Positions 24,807-34,806 are shown, counted from the first letter of the stretch. The stretch: 40,575 nt of DNA from an uncultured Candidatus Saccharibacteria bacterium (GCA_964470105.1 CAYXZI010000006.1:1-40575); one strand, 5' to 3'. Numbers and translations: made by a program. The notes: generated by a model not told the origin, from the sequence alone.

Positions 24807-25860
24807 ACTACCTACTCAAAAAGCCCATGGTGTTCAGATAATGAAAACATGTGAGGCTATGGCGAGAAATGGTGCTGATGTAACTCTGTGTGTTACAGGA
24901 AGACATACTGACGTAAAAGAAGATCCATTCACATACTATAAAGTTGAGAAGAATTTTAATATTGTGTACGGATATTGTCCGAATCTAGTAGCTTTTGGAC
25001 GAATAGGGTTTATTCTAATGAATATAATATTCTCCCAAAGTGCTGCACATTATGTATGGAAATTAAAACCCGATATTGTATATTCTCGTGACGCCTTCCT
25101 TCTTTTTGATCAGTGGCTCTGGCCGCAGAAGAAAGTATTAGAAGTCCATGATGGTAAATGGGGGATAATGTACAGATTAATGAAGATTTCCGGTATTGTC
25201 GCTATATCAAATGGATTAAAAAATTACTATGCTAAAAAAGGAATTAAAAATATTATAGTAGCTCATGATGCTGTAGATTTAAAAGAATTCGAGACTAGTG
25301 AAAGGGCAGACTTGGGATTTGGAAATGATAAGAAGATAGTGATGTATATAGGTCATTTGTATGGTTGGAAGGGACTCGATTCTTTTCTCGGTGCTTCATC
25401 ATATGTTAACGAAGCACAATTTGTTGTTATAGGTGGTACAGAAAAAGAAGTTAACGATCTTAAGATTAAAAATCCAAACGTAATCTTTTTAGGATATAAA
25501 CCATATAATGAACTTCCATGTAATCAAAAAGCCGCGGATATTCTTGTTATTCCAAATTCAGGTAAGAGTGATATTTCTCGTTTGTACACCTCACCTTTAA
25601 AAGTTTTTTCATATATGACAAGTGGCGTACCTGTGGTCGCTTCTAATCTACCTTCACTTCGAGAGATATTGAATGATGATAATGCATATTTTGCTGAAGC
25701 AGATAGTGCATTAAGTTTTTCTGAGAAAATTAGGTATGTACTTGAACATCGAGATGAGGCTTTGCTAAAAGCAAAAAAAGCGCAGGAGGATGTAAAGAAA
25801 TATAGTTGGGATAATCGTGCTAAAACTATAATATCTTTTTTAAATGATCAGCTAATCTAA
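24778..25860 (+). CDS. GT4-family glycosyltransferase
   Basis: It has the N-terminus MKILYLANIRLPTQKAHGVQIMK and a C-terminal YTSPLKVFSYMTSGVPVVAS (PLK-x-FEYM-type variant). ATG 24778 is preferred over 24748. Confidence 0.75.
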   Translation: MKILYLANIRLPTQKAHGVQIMKTCEAMARNGADVTLCVTGRHTDVKEDPFTYYKVEKNFNIVYGYCPNLVAFGRIGFILMNIIFSQSAAHYVWKLKPDIVYSRDAFLLFDQWLWPQKKVLEVHDGKWGIMYRLMKISGIVAISNGLKNYYAKKGIKNIIVAHDAVDLKEFETSERADLGFGNDKKIVMYIGHLYGWKGLDSFLGASSYVNEAQFVVIGGTEKEVNDLKIKNPNVIFLGYKPYNELPCNQKAADILVIPNSGKSDISRLYTSPLKVFSYMTSGVPVVASNLPSLREILNDDNAYFAEADSALSFSEKIRYVLEHRDEALLKAKKAQEDVKKYSWDNRAKTIISFLNDQLI

Positions 25861-27412
25861 TAGCAAGGGCGCATATGGTGTATGTGGGATTAGCACAACC
25901 ACTAGTTGGGAATACTGACCCACTACAGATGTATAGGTTGTTTGTTGAATATACTTTTAGATTTTCATTTACAACTGATCTGGTTTTATCTAGACCCATA
26001 ATTGTTCCTCCTAGATGGTGACTGGCTTCAGAGTTTACTGGCCAGACCCCCACTTTATCTATATCACTTTCCAATATACCAATTTCTCGGTTTCTAATTT
26101 CTTCTGCTAGTACTCTATGTAATTCTATTACTGAGCGCTTATCTAGATCAGATAGATTAAGTATGACTTTGGGCACTCTAATGCCATTTGTGTCAGTTTT
26201 ATCATCAAGTATGATACGATTCTCAGCTCTCGCTTCCATTTCCATAAAGTTTCTAAGACGAATACTTATAATGGGTACAACCTTATTCTGGAATATTCTG
26301 TGATAACCATACGATATGACTTTTGGAGCATCTATGACAATTTTATATATTGCAGTAAACCAGTTAAATTTAATATCCTTTCTTCTTGTATCGCCTGTCT
26401 CATTCCAGTCTCTGAGTCCAACTATTTTTCTCTGCATTTTTTTCCACCAATCAAGAAGGTAATTAAGTTTCTTTGATATAGCTATTATTTCTCTTACACC
26501 AGCACTATCAGTCCAAGGAAATACTGGTTCTAGTCTTACATAACTATTTAAAACCCCTAACGATTTTTGTAATTCTTCGGTAAGTGATATACCAGCAGAT
26601 CGTGCCCATCCAGAATGTAAATACCCAAACAAGTAAGTTAAATCTTTAACTGGTTTATTGAGTTTGATAACCCCATAGTTATTCTTAGGATGATTGGTTA
26701 TATATCTTCCTACTTGATCATTTTCATTACCAATATTTGATGTTAGTAGTAGTCTTGTGCTTTCTATTCCACCAGCGGCAACTATAAAAATTTTAGATTT
26801 AATGCCGTATGTATTAGACTCACATTTAACTAAAACTTCTTCAATATTATCACCATTTTTTTTAAGATTTATAACAGTAGAGTTTAAGAAAATATCGGCA
26901 TTATTGCTATTAAATATATATTTGAGTTCCTTTGCAAAATTCCATGCTGGATCCTTGGCTATAAATATTTTTTCCTTGATCATCTTAGACTGTAGAGTAA
27001 AATCTGCATTCTTTTTTGCTTCATATATACCAATTTCATTGAATTCTTTTAGATCAGGGAATCCATAGTCCTTTGCTCTACGATAGTATTCATTTATCTC
27101 ACTCTGTTGAATAGGCCATGTTGTTAAATCTATACTATCTAGTGGGGAAGATAGTCCAGACCAGGTTGTAGATGTACCACCAAATATTCTTTCTCTAGAA
27201 GAGTCACGTATTTTTATATCACCAATACTAACAACTTCTTTTAACCTATCGGTACTCTGATTTTTAGAAATACCTCCACTTTCTATTACGCAGATCTTCA
27301 AGTCAGTATTACTAAGTTCAGCTGCTATAGTCATTCCAGCTGGTCCCGAGCCGATTATACATACATCGTATGTCGTATCTATCTTTCCTTTAATACTCCC
27401 ATGTATAGCCAT
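25826..27412 (-). CDS. GMC-family FAD-dependent oxidoreductase
   Basis: It has the N-terminal VCIIGSGPAGMTIAAEL...VIESG and the C-terminal HHLGGTIMG ... NPTYTICALAIRLADHL, as in the GMC_oxred_C domain. Confidence 0.8.
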   Translation of the reverse strand: MAIHGSIKGKIDTTYDVCIIGSGPAGMTIAAELSNTDLKICVIESGGISKNQSTDRLKEVVSIGDIKIRDSSRERIFGGTSTTWSGLSSPLDSIDLTTWPIQQSEINEYYRRAKDYGFPDLKEFNEIGIYEAKKNADFTLQSKMIKEKIFIAKDPAWNFAKELKYIFNSNNADIFLNSTVINLKKNGDNIEEVLVKCESNTYGIKSKIFIVAAGGIESTRLLLTSNIGNENDQVGRYITNHPKNNYGVIKLNKPVKDLTYLFGYLHSGWARSAGISLTEELQKSLGVLNSYVRLEPVFPWTDSAGVREIIAISKKLNYLLDWWKKMQRKIVGLRDWNETGDTRRKDIKFNWFTAIYKIVIDAPKVISYGYHRIFQNKVVPIISIRLRNFMEMEARAENRIILDDKTDTNGIRVPKVILNLSDLDKRSVIELHRVLAEEIRNREIGILESDIDKVGVWPVNSEASHHLGGTIMGLDKTRSVVNENLKVYSTNNLYICSGSVFPTSGCANPTYTICALAIRLADHLKKIL

Positions 27413-27423
27413 GAAATGATTGT

Positions 27424-27429
27424 ATTATA
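27424..27429 (-). promoter_or_regulatory. -10 hexamer TATAAT (minus strand), 11 nt from the GMC oxidoreductase ATG
   Basis: The plus-strand attata at 27424..27429 lies in a 47-nt divergent intergenic region. Confidence 0.3.
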
Positions 27430-27439
27430 AAACTATGCT

Positions 27440-27448
27440 TGATACAAT
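27440..27448 (+). promoter_or_regulatory. Extended -10-like element TGATACAAT, 11 nt from ATG 27460
   Basis: The literal motif lies in the same divergent intergenic region. Confidence 0.3.
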
Positions 27449-27459
27449 GAATTAAATCT

Positions 27460-28098
27460 ATGATAACAGGCAAAATAACTAGGAGAAATCTTGATGAATT
27501 CCTTAAAAAACATGCAAGTGGGGCTAAAATTATCGATATAGGTTCAGGTAATTCTTCGTATAATCGCTTTTTTCCTAACCGTATTTCTGTTGATATCGAT
27601 CCTAATAGAGAACCAGATGTTGTAGGTGATGCTCATAATCTTCCTTTTAAAGATGGTGAAGTTGAAGCTATTCTATCAACTGATGTGTTCGAGCATTTAA
27701 AAGATCCTGTGAAAGCTGTATCAGAAATGAAGAGAGTGCTGAAGAGTGGGGGAAAGGTAATTTTTGCTACTAGATTTATTTTTCCAATCCATGATTCGCC
27801 TAATGATTTTTGGCGCTTCACAAAGTATGGTCTTAGAGAGCTTTTTAAGGATTTCGAAATAGAGTCACTTGAATCTGAAACAACCAACTTCACAACACTA
27901 GCAATCCTTCTTCAGCGTATGGGCTATCAAACAAAGATGTTTTGTAACAAACCTGCAAAACTTGTACTTTTTACAATCGCAAAGATACTTACCCATATGA
28001 ATTGGTTAATTAAAGAAGAGTACGGTGATATAGCCAGAAAAAATACTGAAGATGGTGCGCTAGCAAGTGGGTACTATATGATTGCAAAAAAGAGATGA
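27460..28098 (+). CDS. Class I SAM-dependent methyltransferase (Methyltransf_11-like)
   Basis: It has motif I IIDIGSGNSSY, DAHNLPFKDGEVEAIL and VLKSGGKVIFAT. Confidence 0.8.
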   Translation: MITGKITRRNLDEFLKKHASGAKIIDIGSGNSSYNRFFPNRISVDIDPNREPDVVGDAHNLPFKDGEVEAILSTDVFEHLKDPVKAVSEMKRVLKSGGKVIFATRFIFPIHDSPNDFWRFTKYGLRELFKDFEIESLESETTNFTTLAILLQRMGYQTKMFCNKPAKLVLFTIAKILTHMNWLIKEEYGDIARKNTEDGALASGYYMIAKKR

Positions 28099-29225
28099 AA
28101 ATACTTTTAATTTCACTTACAAATAATATAAAAAGTGGTGGGGGAAATCTCACTCATGAACTATGTATGTATTTAAAAGGTAAGGCAGATTTTACTCTGC
28201 TCCTACCAGAAGATGAAACAAGATACGAATACACAACATATCCAGTCGAATACATACTACCTAAATATATTTTTAGTACTAGAACTCCTAGATTTCTAAA
28301 ATATCTATTTTTCAAATATAAAACTGATGCAGATTTAATTCATTCCGTTTTTGAATTCCCATATGCTATCATCGCAGCAAAAATAGCAAAGGATAACAAT
28401 ATACCACTATTGATCGGTCTTGCAGGGACATATGCTGTTAAGCCACTCATGTATTTCCCAGATAATTTCTTTTTAAAGAAGGCATATAATCAATCAACAA
28501 AACTTACAGCAATAAGTAAGTTTACAGCTGATATGGTTCAGAAGTTTTCAAATACCAAGGTACCAATTGAAATCATTCATTGTGCTGCAAATTTCAAAAG
28601 ATTTTCTGCAATGAATGATATAAGTGATTTAAAGAAAAAGTATGATGGTAAAAAGGTTTTAATAACAGTGGGTGCTCTGAAGCCAAGAAAAGGTCATAAT
28701 ATAGTTCTAGAGGCACTATCGATTTTAAAAAAGGAAAGAAATGATTTCCACTACATTATCATCGGAAACAATGAAGAAAGAGGAGTATATATGGATAATT
28801 TACATAGAATTATTAATGAAAATAATCTAAAAGATAATGTTACTTTTGCAGGATCAGTGAGTGATGAAAATATAACGAAATATTTTCAACTCTGTGATGC
28901 ATATATTCATACTCCAGTTATGACACACTGGAACTTTGAAGGCTTTGGGATTGTATATCTTGAAGCAGGGGCGGCACATAAACCAGTTATTGCTTCAAAT
29001 TCAGGTGGTACTTTGGATGCTGTGGTGCCTGATAAGACAGGGATAGTGGTAGTTGAGGGGGATATCCAAGCTACATATGAGGCGATAAGAAAGATATTTG
29101 ATAATCCAGATTATGCAAAATCACTTGGTGATGCAGGATATGAGTATGCAAAAGAACATACTTGGGAAAAAATTGGAGATAAGTTTATGAATTTATATAA
29201 AGACTGTATAAAAAAAGAAATATGA
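28095..29225 (+). CDS. GT4-family glycosyltransferase
   Basis: It has NFEGFGIVYLEAGAAHKPVIASNSGG and an ATGA start/stop overlap. Confidence 0.85.
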   Translation: MKILLISLTNNIKSGGGNLTHELCMYLKGKADFTLLLPEDETRYEYTTYPVEYILPKYIFSTRTPRFLKYLFFKYKTDADLIHSVFEFPYAIIAAKIAKDNNIPLLIGLAGTYAVKPLMYFPDNFFLKKAYNQSTKLTAISKFTADMVQKFSNTKVPIEIIHCAANFKRFSAMNDISDLKKKYDGKKVLITVGALKPRKGHNIVLEALSILKKERNDFHYIIIGNNEERGVYMDNLHRIINENNLKDNVTFAGSVSDENITKYFQLCDAYIHTPVMTHWNFEGFGIVYLEAGAAHKPVIASNSGGTLDAVVPDKTGIVVVEGDIQATYEAIRKIFDNPDYAKSLGDAGYEYAKEHTWEKIGDKFMNLYKDCIKKEI

Positions 29226-30430
29226 AAATAGTTATTCTTTCAGATGATTTTCCTCCAAAAAGTGGTGGTGGTGCGGCTATCATGGCCCACATTCATGCAA
29301 CCACCCTCTCTTCTAGGGGTTATAGTGTTACAGTTATTACAACAGTTGAAAATATTAAGGATGTTGGCGAGGTATTTGTCGATGGTATAAAGATTATAAA
29401 ACTATATTCTAAGTACCATCCCCGTTTTAGATCATACCTCTCTCTATATAATCCATTTTTGATATTTAAAATATCTAAAATATTAAAATCAGAGAATGCG
29501 GATATTGTTCATGCTCACAATATACACTCACATATTTCATATCATGCTTTGTCTATAGCTAAGAAATATTCAAAAGCACTTTTCGTAACAATACATGATT
29601 CGATGCCATTTCACTATTCAAAACTTTTTCCACGATACCCATATCATTCAGATACACAAAGCTATATAGTTTCTTGGAAAACTCAATTGAAAGATTTCGG
29701 TATACGATTTAATCCTTTTAGAAATATATTAATCAGATATTACCTGAGAATCCCTGATAAGTTAATTGCAGTTAGTGAGGCTTTGAAAAAAGCGCTGAAT
29801 GATAATGACATAATGAATGTTGAAGTTATTAATAACGGTATAAATATAAAAAAGTGGGAGATAGATTCCGATTCCGTTGAAGGTTTTAAGAAAAGATATA
29901 ATCTGACAAATAAAAAGGTGATACTGTTTTGTGGAAGGTTGAGTCGAGCAAAGGGTGGTGAGGTTTTGATAAAAAGTATGCAAGCCATATTAAGTAAAAT
30001 ACCCAATGCTGTATTGCTCATTGTGGGCGAAAAAACCCCTGAAGTTTCAGGTAATGATAATTACCTCGTATTTACGGGTAAACTAAGCAATAAAGCCCTT
30101 ATAGAGGCTTATGGAGCCTCTAATCTACTAGTATCACCATCCCTATGTTTTGATTGGTTTCCTACTGTTAATTTAGAGGCTATGGCTATGAAGTTACCTG
30201 TAATTACTACTTGTTTCGGAGGTGGTAGGGAAGCGGTAAAAGATGGTGTAACTGGTTACGTAATAAATCCCTACCACCCAAACGAATTGGAGAATAAAAT
30301 TATATTGATTCTAAAAGATAATATTATTTCACAAAAACTTAGCCAAGAAGGATATGAAAGAGTGAAAAAAGAATTTGATCTAGACAATTACGCAAATAAG
30401 ATTATTTCTTGTTATAATAAATTTATATAA
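29222..30430 (+). CDS. GT4-family glycosyltransferase
   Basis: It has the N-terminus MKIVILSDDFPPKSGGGAA, the C-terminal FPTVNLEAMAMKLPVITTCFGG and an ATGA overlap. Confidence 0.85.
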   Translation: MKIVILSDDFPPKSGGGAAIMAHIHATTLSSRGYSVTVITTVENIKDVGEVFVDGIKIIKLYSKYHPRFRSYLSLYNPFLIFKISKILKSENADIVHAHNIHSHISYHALSIAKKYSKALFVTIHDSMPFHYSKLFPRYPYHSDTQSYIVSWKTQLKDFGIRFNPFRNILIRYYLRIPDKLIAVSEALKKALNDNDIMNVEVINNGINIKKWEIDSDSVEGFKKRYNLTNKKVILFCGRLSRAKGGEVLIKSMQAILSKIPNAVLLIVGEKTPEVSGNDNYLVFTGKLSNKALIEAYGASNLLVSPSLCFDWFPTVNLEAMAMKLPVITTCFGGGREAVKDGVTGYVINPYHPNELENKIILILKDNIISQKLSQEGYERVKKEFDLDNYANKIISCYNKFI

Positions 30431-30431
30431 T

Positions 30432-31433
30432 ATGAAAAAAGTACTGATTACCGGAGTTGCCGGATTGTTGGGTTCACATTTCTCAAGATATCTATTAGAT
30501 AAAGGTTATGAGGTTATAGGTATCGATAACTTATCGGGTGGGTATAAAGAATATATTGATCAAAGGATGGTAAAATCAAAAAGATTCTACAATATCGACT
30601 TAGTAGATAGTACTAGTCTTAATAGAATCTTTAAAAAGCATAAACCGGATTATGTGTATCACTTTGCTGCATATGCGGCAGAAGGGCTGTCACCATTTAT
30701 TAGAAACTATAACTATACAAATAACGTAATATCTTCAATTAATATAATTAATAATTGTATTAAATATGATATTAAGAAATTAATATATACATCATCAATG
30801 GCTGTCTATGGAAAAGGCAAGCCACCATTTACTGAGGATCAGTTACCAAATCCAATAGATCCATATGGAATTGCTAAATATTCTGTAGAGATGGATATTA
30901 AGCAAGCGTATGAACAGTTTGGATTAAACTATACAATAGTTAGACCTCATAATGTTATAGGTATATATCAAAATATTTGGGATAGGTATAGAAATGTGAT
31001 CGGTATATGGATAAGAAAAATATTGGCAAAAGAAAATATTACTGTTTTTGGTGACGGTAATCAAAAGAGAGCCTTTTCAGATATTAAATACTACATGTCT
31101 CCATTCATGAAATTAATGAATACGGGTGATGGGGAAATATTTAACATTGGAGCAGATCATGAATACAAGATAAAAGATATGGCTAAGGTGGTTTCAAAAG
31201 TTGCAAATGAGTTTGGGTATAATCCTGGCATAGACTTCCTTGAAAAGAGACATGAAGTTAAAGATGCATACTGTAATCACGATAAAGCAAAGAAATATCT
31301 TGATTTTAAGGACGGAACAGATATAGAATCAACTATAAGAGAAATGTTTATCTGGGCAATGAAACAGCCAAAGAGAAAGACAAAAGATATGAAATACGAG
31401 GTAGATAAAAATATATATAGCTTTTGGAAATAA
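30432..31433 (+). CDS. NAD-dependent nucleotide-sugar epimerase/dehydratase (extended SDR)
   Basis: It has the Rossmann motif ITGVAGLLGSH and the catalytic S...YGIAKYS (YxxxK). Confidence 0.85.
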   Translation: MKKVLITGVAGLLGSHFSRYLLDKGYEVIGIDNLSGGYKEYIDQRMVKSKRFYNIDLVDSTSLNRIFKKHKPDYVYHFAAYAAEGLSPFIRNYNYTNNVISSINIINNCIKYDIKKLIYTSSMAVYGKGKPPFTEDQLPNPIDPYGIAKYSVEMDIKQAYEQFGLNYTIVRPHNVIGIYQNIWDRYRNVIGIWIRKILAKENITVFGDGNQKRAFSDIKYYMSPFMKLMNTGDGEIFNIGADHEYKIKDMAKVVSKVANEFGYNPGIDFLEKRHEVKDAYCNHDKAKKYLDFKDGTDIESTIREMFIWAMKQPKRKTKDMKYEVDKNIYSFWK

Positions 31434-31434
31434 T

Positions 31435-32151
31435 ATGAATTTTGATAATACAACATTTTACGATAAGGCGAGTGGTGAATATTCAAACCGAAGATATAAG
31501 TCGGGTACTAATAGTTACATTCAATTCTTCTTCAAGAGAAGACTTTCGCTGACAATTGATATATTACAAAAATATATTTCAGGTCGAACTAATCTTTTAT
31601 TACTTGAGGTCGGTTGTGCTGATGGAATAGTTATAGAAACTATTGATTCAAAATATCCAAATAACTTCATAAAGTATACTGGCACTGACATCTCTCCAGA
31701 AATGATAAGGGTGGCTTCAGAGAAAAATAAAAATAGTAAGATAAGCTATTATCTTAAGAATTCAAGTGAGCAGGGTGAATTTGATTTTGTTCTAGCTATA
31801 GGCTTTTTAAGTCCAGGTATATTTGATCGTGAATTCAATTATATTAAAAAGTTTTTAAAGAAGGGTGGAATAGCTATAGTCTCCATGGCATCAAAAGATT
31901 CCATATATACAAAGATTAAATTAAGAGATCAAGAATATTCAAAAGACTATTGGAACCATGATAAGTACAGGGAGTTTTTACAAAAAGACTTTGATATCCT
32001 CAACGCTGAACCATGTGGTCTATTTATACCAAAGCTTTGGTCAATACCTGTATTAGCTAGAATAGTTCAACCAGTACTTGAGAGTATACTAAAATATATA
32101 ATCCCAAATCTATTTCATGAGAAGCTTTATGTTCTTAGACGCAAGTCTTAA
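31435..32151 (+). CDS. Class I SAM-dependent methyltransferase
   Basis: It has motif I LLLLEVGCADGIV and FLKKGGIAIVS. Confidence 0.75.
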   Translation: MNFDNTTFYDKASGEYSNRRYKSGTNSYIQFFFKRRLSLTIDILQKYISGRTNLLLLEVGCADGIVIETIDSKYPNNFIKYTGTDISPEMIRVASEKNKNSKISYYLKNSSEQGEFDFVLAIGFLSPGIFDREFNYIKKFLKKGGIAIVSMASKDSIYTKIKLRDQEYSKDYWNHDKYREFLQKDFDILNAEPCGLFIPKLWSIPVLARIVQPVLESILKYIIPNLFHEKLYVLRRKS

Positions 32152-33096
32152 CTGACTATATGTCTTTGGAAAGTTTGATTTAAAAAACCACAGTACCTTC
32201 TGTCCTATCCTAGAGTTAATACCAAAGACCTTTTTATACACAACATCATCTGCAATATTATTAATTAATACTGATTGAGGGTGGTTGAGAGGGAAGATCA
32301 TTTCACTAGTCTCCATATTATCAAAGTTTCCTTTCTCCCTTCTTGAGTGTGCTGCTCCATTACCAAATCCAATATTTTTAATTAGATTTTTATTGGGAGT
32401 TATACATAATCCGTCTTCCTTCATGCATGTATATGTCCAAGCCACATCCCAAGTCGTTAATTCATTTCTATACATGCGATCAAATAGGTATTCAAAATAC
32501 TCTACAAGTACAGGTTTCTTCAATACCTTTAATAGTACTCTATCTTTCTTGACCCTAGGCCAATCTTTCATATTTACATCATATTTATCCCAGGCTCTTT
32601 TCCATGTGGCCCATCCCCAGATTTGTGCAATATTTGAGAAATAGTAGCTTGGATTATCTGCATTTTCTTTCTGCATATTTAATCCACTTATATGCATAAT
32701 TTTATGATCATCCTTATATTTTTCTAATAGATTTTGGCAGTACGTAAAAAAGGATTTATTTGGTAGGCAATCATCCTCTATGATTATTGCCCTATCAACA
32801 TTTTCAAACACCCAGCTTATACCACTCGATACTCTACTCTTACAACCCATATTGATATCTGAGTAATTTCTTCTAACATTGCATGGCCAATCAATATTTT
32901 TAACAATTTCTCTAGTTTCATTGCATAGTTTAATTTCATCATTATTTCTACCGCCATCTGCAATTATTAATAGGTCAGTCGGTTTTATCTTACGAATCAT
33001 TTCAAATACCCTAGATGTTTCTTCTGGTCTTCTAAAGATTATAAAAGCTATGGGGGTATTAAATTTATCCATGGAATATTGATCTATATCTTCCAA
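32110..33096 (-). CDS. GT-A-fold glycosyltransferase (GnT-I / HlpA-like nucleotide-diphospho-sugar transferase)
   Basis: It has PIAFIIFRRPEETSRVFEMIRKIKPTDLLIIADGGRN and IIIEDDCLP. An alternative start at ATG 33072 would give an ATGGATAA overlap with the upstream stop. Confidence 0.55.
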   Translation of the reverse strand: MEDIDQYSMDKFNTPIAFIIFRRPEETSRVFEMIRKIKPTDLLIIADGGRNNDEIKLCNETREIVKNIDWPCNVRRNYSDINMGCKSRVSSGISWVFENVDRAIIIEDDCLPNKSFFTYCQNLLEKYKDDHKIMHISGLNMQKENADNPSYYFSNIAQIWGWATWKRAWDKYDVNMKDWPRVKKDRVLLKVLKKPVLVEYFEYLFDRMYRNELTTWDVAWTYTCMKEDGLCITPNKNLIKNIGFGNGAAHSRREKGNFDNMETSEMIFPLNHPQSVLINNIADDVVYKKVFGINSRIGQKVLWFFKSNFPKTYSQLRLASKNIKLLMK

Positions 33097-34021
33097 TTAA
33101 ATAGTGCTGTATCATCATACGTCTACGTCCTCTATAATGCTTAAATATTACCATCTTATCTTCGTTATTTAAATTATTCTTGTTTACAAAAGATACGGTA
33201 ATATTTTTAAGTATGAAAAGTGCCTTAAGAAGATTTTTCAAAGAAGTTTCTTTATCCGGTTTCTTTACTATCATTATTTTAACAATATCGTTAAAATCAT
33301 TTCTAGTTAACTCAATATATTTTGTTATATTTCTGTATACAATATTAATTGCATTAGCATAAACAGTTGGTTGAGTTTTCTCACTACCAGTTATGGAACT
33401 ACAGTGTATTCTAAGTTTGAATAATACCTTTGGGACATTTGCACACACCAACTCTTTTTGAGGGCGCGTATACATTTCGAAGTCCTCAGAGTGTATGTAT
33501 TCATTACTATAACCACCATATGACCTCACTTTTTCTGTTCTAAAGAATATAGAACTATGTAACATAACGTTATTAAAAATAAATTCATATTTAATTGCAA
33601 TTGGTTTTGTTGGATTACGACTGGTTTTAATGTATTTACCGTCATTGTCTATGCATTCAGTCCAACTCCCTACAACATCAATATTAGGATGATCTTCCAT
33701 AAACCTATATTGAATTGCAAATCTCTCTGGCAGGGCAATATCATCATGATCTAATCTAGCAATATACTTGCCAGAGGCAATTTCTAAACCCTTGTTTAGT
33801 GAACCAATTAATCCTAAGTTTTTTTCATTATTAATTATTTTAATTCTCTCATCTCTATATGATCTTATGATTTCTTCTGTTCTGTCTTTAGAACCATCAT
33901 TTACAATGATAAATTCGAAATCACTTAGGGTTTGATTTAATATGCTCTGTATAGCTTCACTAATATATTTCTCACCGTTGTATACAGCCATCAATACTGA
34001 AATTTTTATATTTTTATCCAT
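33065..34021 (-). CDS. GT2-family glycosyltransferase
   Basis: It has ISVLMAVYNGEKYISEAIQSILNQT..FEFIIVNDGSKD and ARLDHDD. Confidence 0.85.
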   Translation of the reverse strand: MDKNIKISVLMAVYNGEKYISEAIQSILNQTLSDFEFIIVNDGSKDRTEEIIRSYRDERIKIINNEKNLGLIGSLNKGLEIASGKYIARLDHDDIALPERFAIQYRFMEDHPNIDVVGSWTECIDNDGKYIKTSRNPTKPIAIKYEFIFNNVMLHSSIFFRTEKVRSYGGYSNEYIHSEDFEMYTRPQKELVCANVPKVLFKLRIHCSSITGSEKTQPTVYANAINIVYRNITKYIELTRNDFNDIVKIMIVKKPDKETSLKNLLKALFILKNITVSFVNKNNLNNEDKMVIFKHYRGRRRMMIQHYLIGRYRSIFHG

Positions 34022-34806
34022 GTTTCTGGTATTACATCTCTCGTATCTATAGATGAGTTACTAAACCACTTTTTTGGAGCAATAACCATCTTATCGTTAT
34101 TAGTATTGAGCCATGCGCCCCACCAACTGAATGAGCTATTAGCGATTATATTGTGTTTACATTTACTCATTAGTATCAATTCTTCATAGTCTGGTATTGT
34201 AGATCTTTCATTTACATAAACAGTTGAATGGGGGAATTTAAGATTTTCTTTACACCACTTAATATCATCTGAGAAAACAAAGATTTTAATTACTCCACTC
34301 TTTGATACTTTTGATACTGCCTCAACATAATATGATTCACTACAAGTGCCATGAAATGCATTGGTTTTTGCTTCAGTTACATAATCTCCTCTTCTAACAT
34401 GGAGAGAAATTGAATTTGAATTACTAATTTCTTCTAATATCTTCTTGGATTCTAGACTAAGCTCTTTTTTGAGTCTCAGGTCATCAAGGATTATTTCTCT
34501 GATATCCATAAAGTATTTCTCTGTTTGCCAGTACCCATTTATCCAAGTATCACCCTCAATTTTTAGTACCTCAGGGTCAAAAGAAAATTGTTTTTCGTTA
34601 TAATCCAAAAAAATATGACCACTCATCTTGTCTATTGTTTGAGCTTTAATATTAAAGACATATAATGCATATTTTCTTTTGGTATCATCTGCATAGTGAG
34701 ATATATCCAATACAAGATCGGTATCGTTTTGAATTGATAGTTTTCTTCCAATTGCATATTGGAATATTTGATTACCTAGACCACCACTTAGCTTTGTAAC
34801 AATCAT
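34006..34806 (-). CDS. GT11-family alpha-1,2-fucosyltransferase
   Basis: All three GT11 signatures are present: SGGLGNQIFQYAIG, HVRRGDY and SSFSWWGAWL. Confidence 0.85.
   Translation of the reverse strand: MIVTKLSGGLGNQIFQYAIGRKLSIQNDTDLVLDISHYADDTKRKYALYVFNIKAQTIDKMSGHIFLDYNEKQFSFDPEVLKIEGDTWINGYWQTEKYFMDIREIILDDLRLKKELSLESKKILEEISNSNSISLHVRRGDYVTEAKTNAFHGTCSESYYVEAVSKVSKSGVIKIFVFSDDIKWCKENLKFPHSTVYVNERSTIPDYEELILMSKCKHNIIANSSFSWWGAWLNTNNDKMVIAPKKWFSNSSIDTRDVIPETWIKI

Noticed and set aside
26856-26863. Homopolymer tracts, considered as phase-variation switches. They include T8 at 26856..26863 in the GMC gene and several A7/T7 runs, e.g. 967-973, 9772-9778 and 34821-34827.
   Set aside because: Runs of 7-8 A/T are expected in DNA this AT-rich. 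None is at a 5' end of a GT gene in the way typical contingency loci are, and none reaches the 9 or more units usually associated with slippage.
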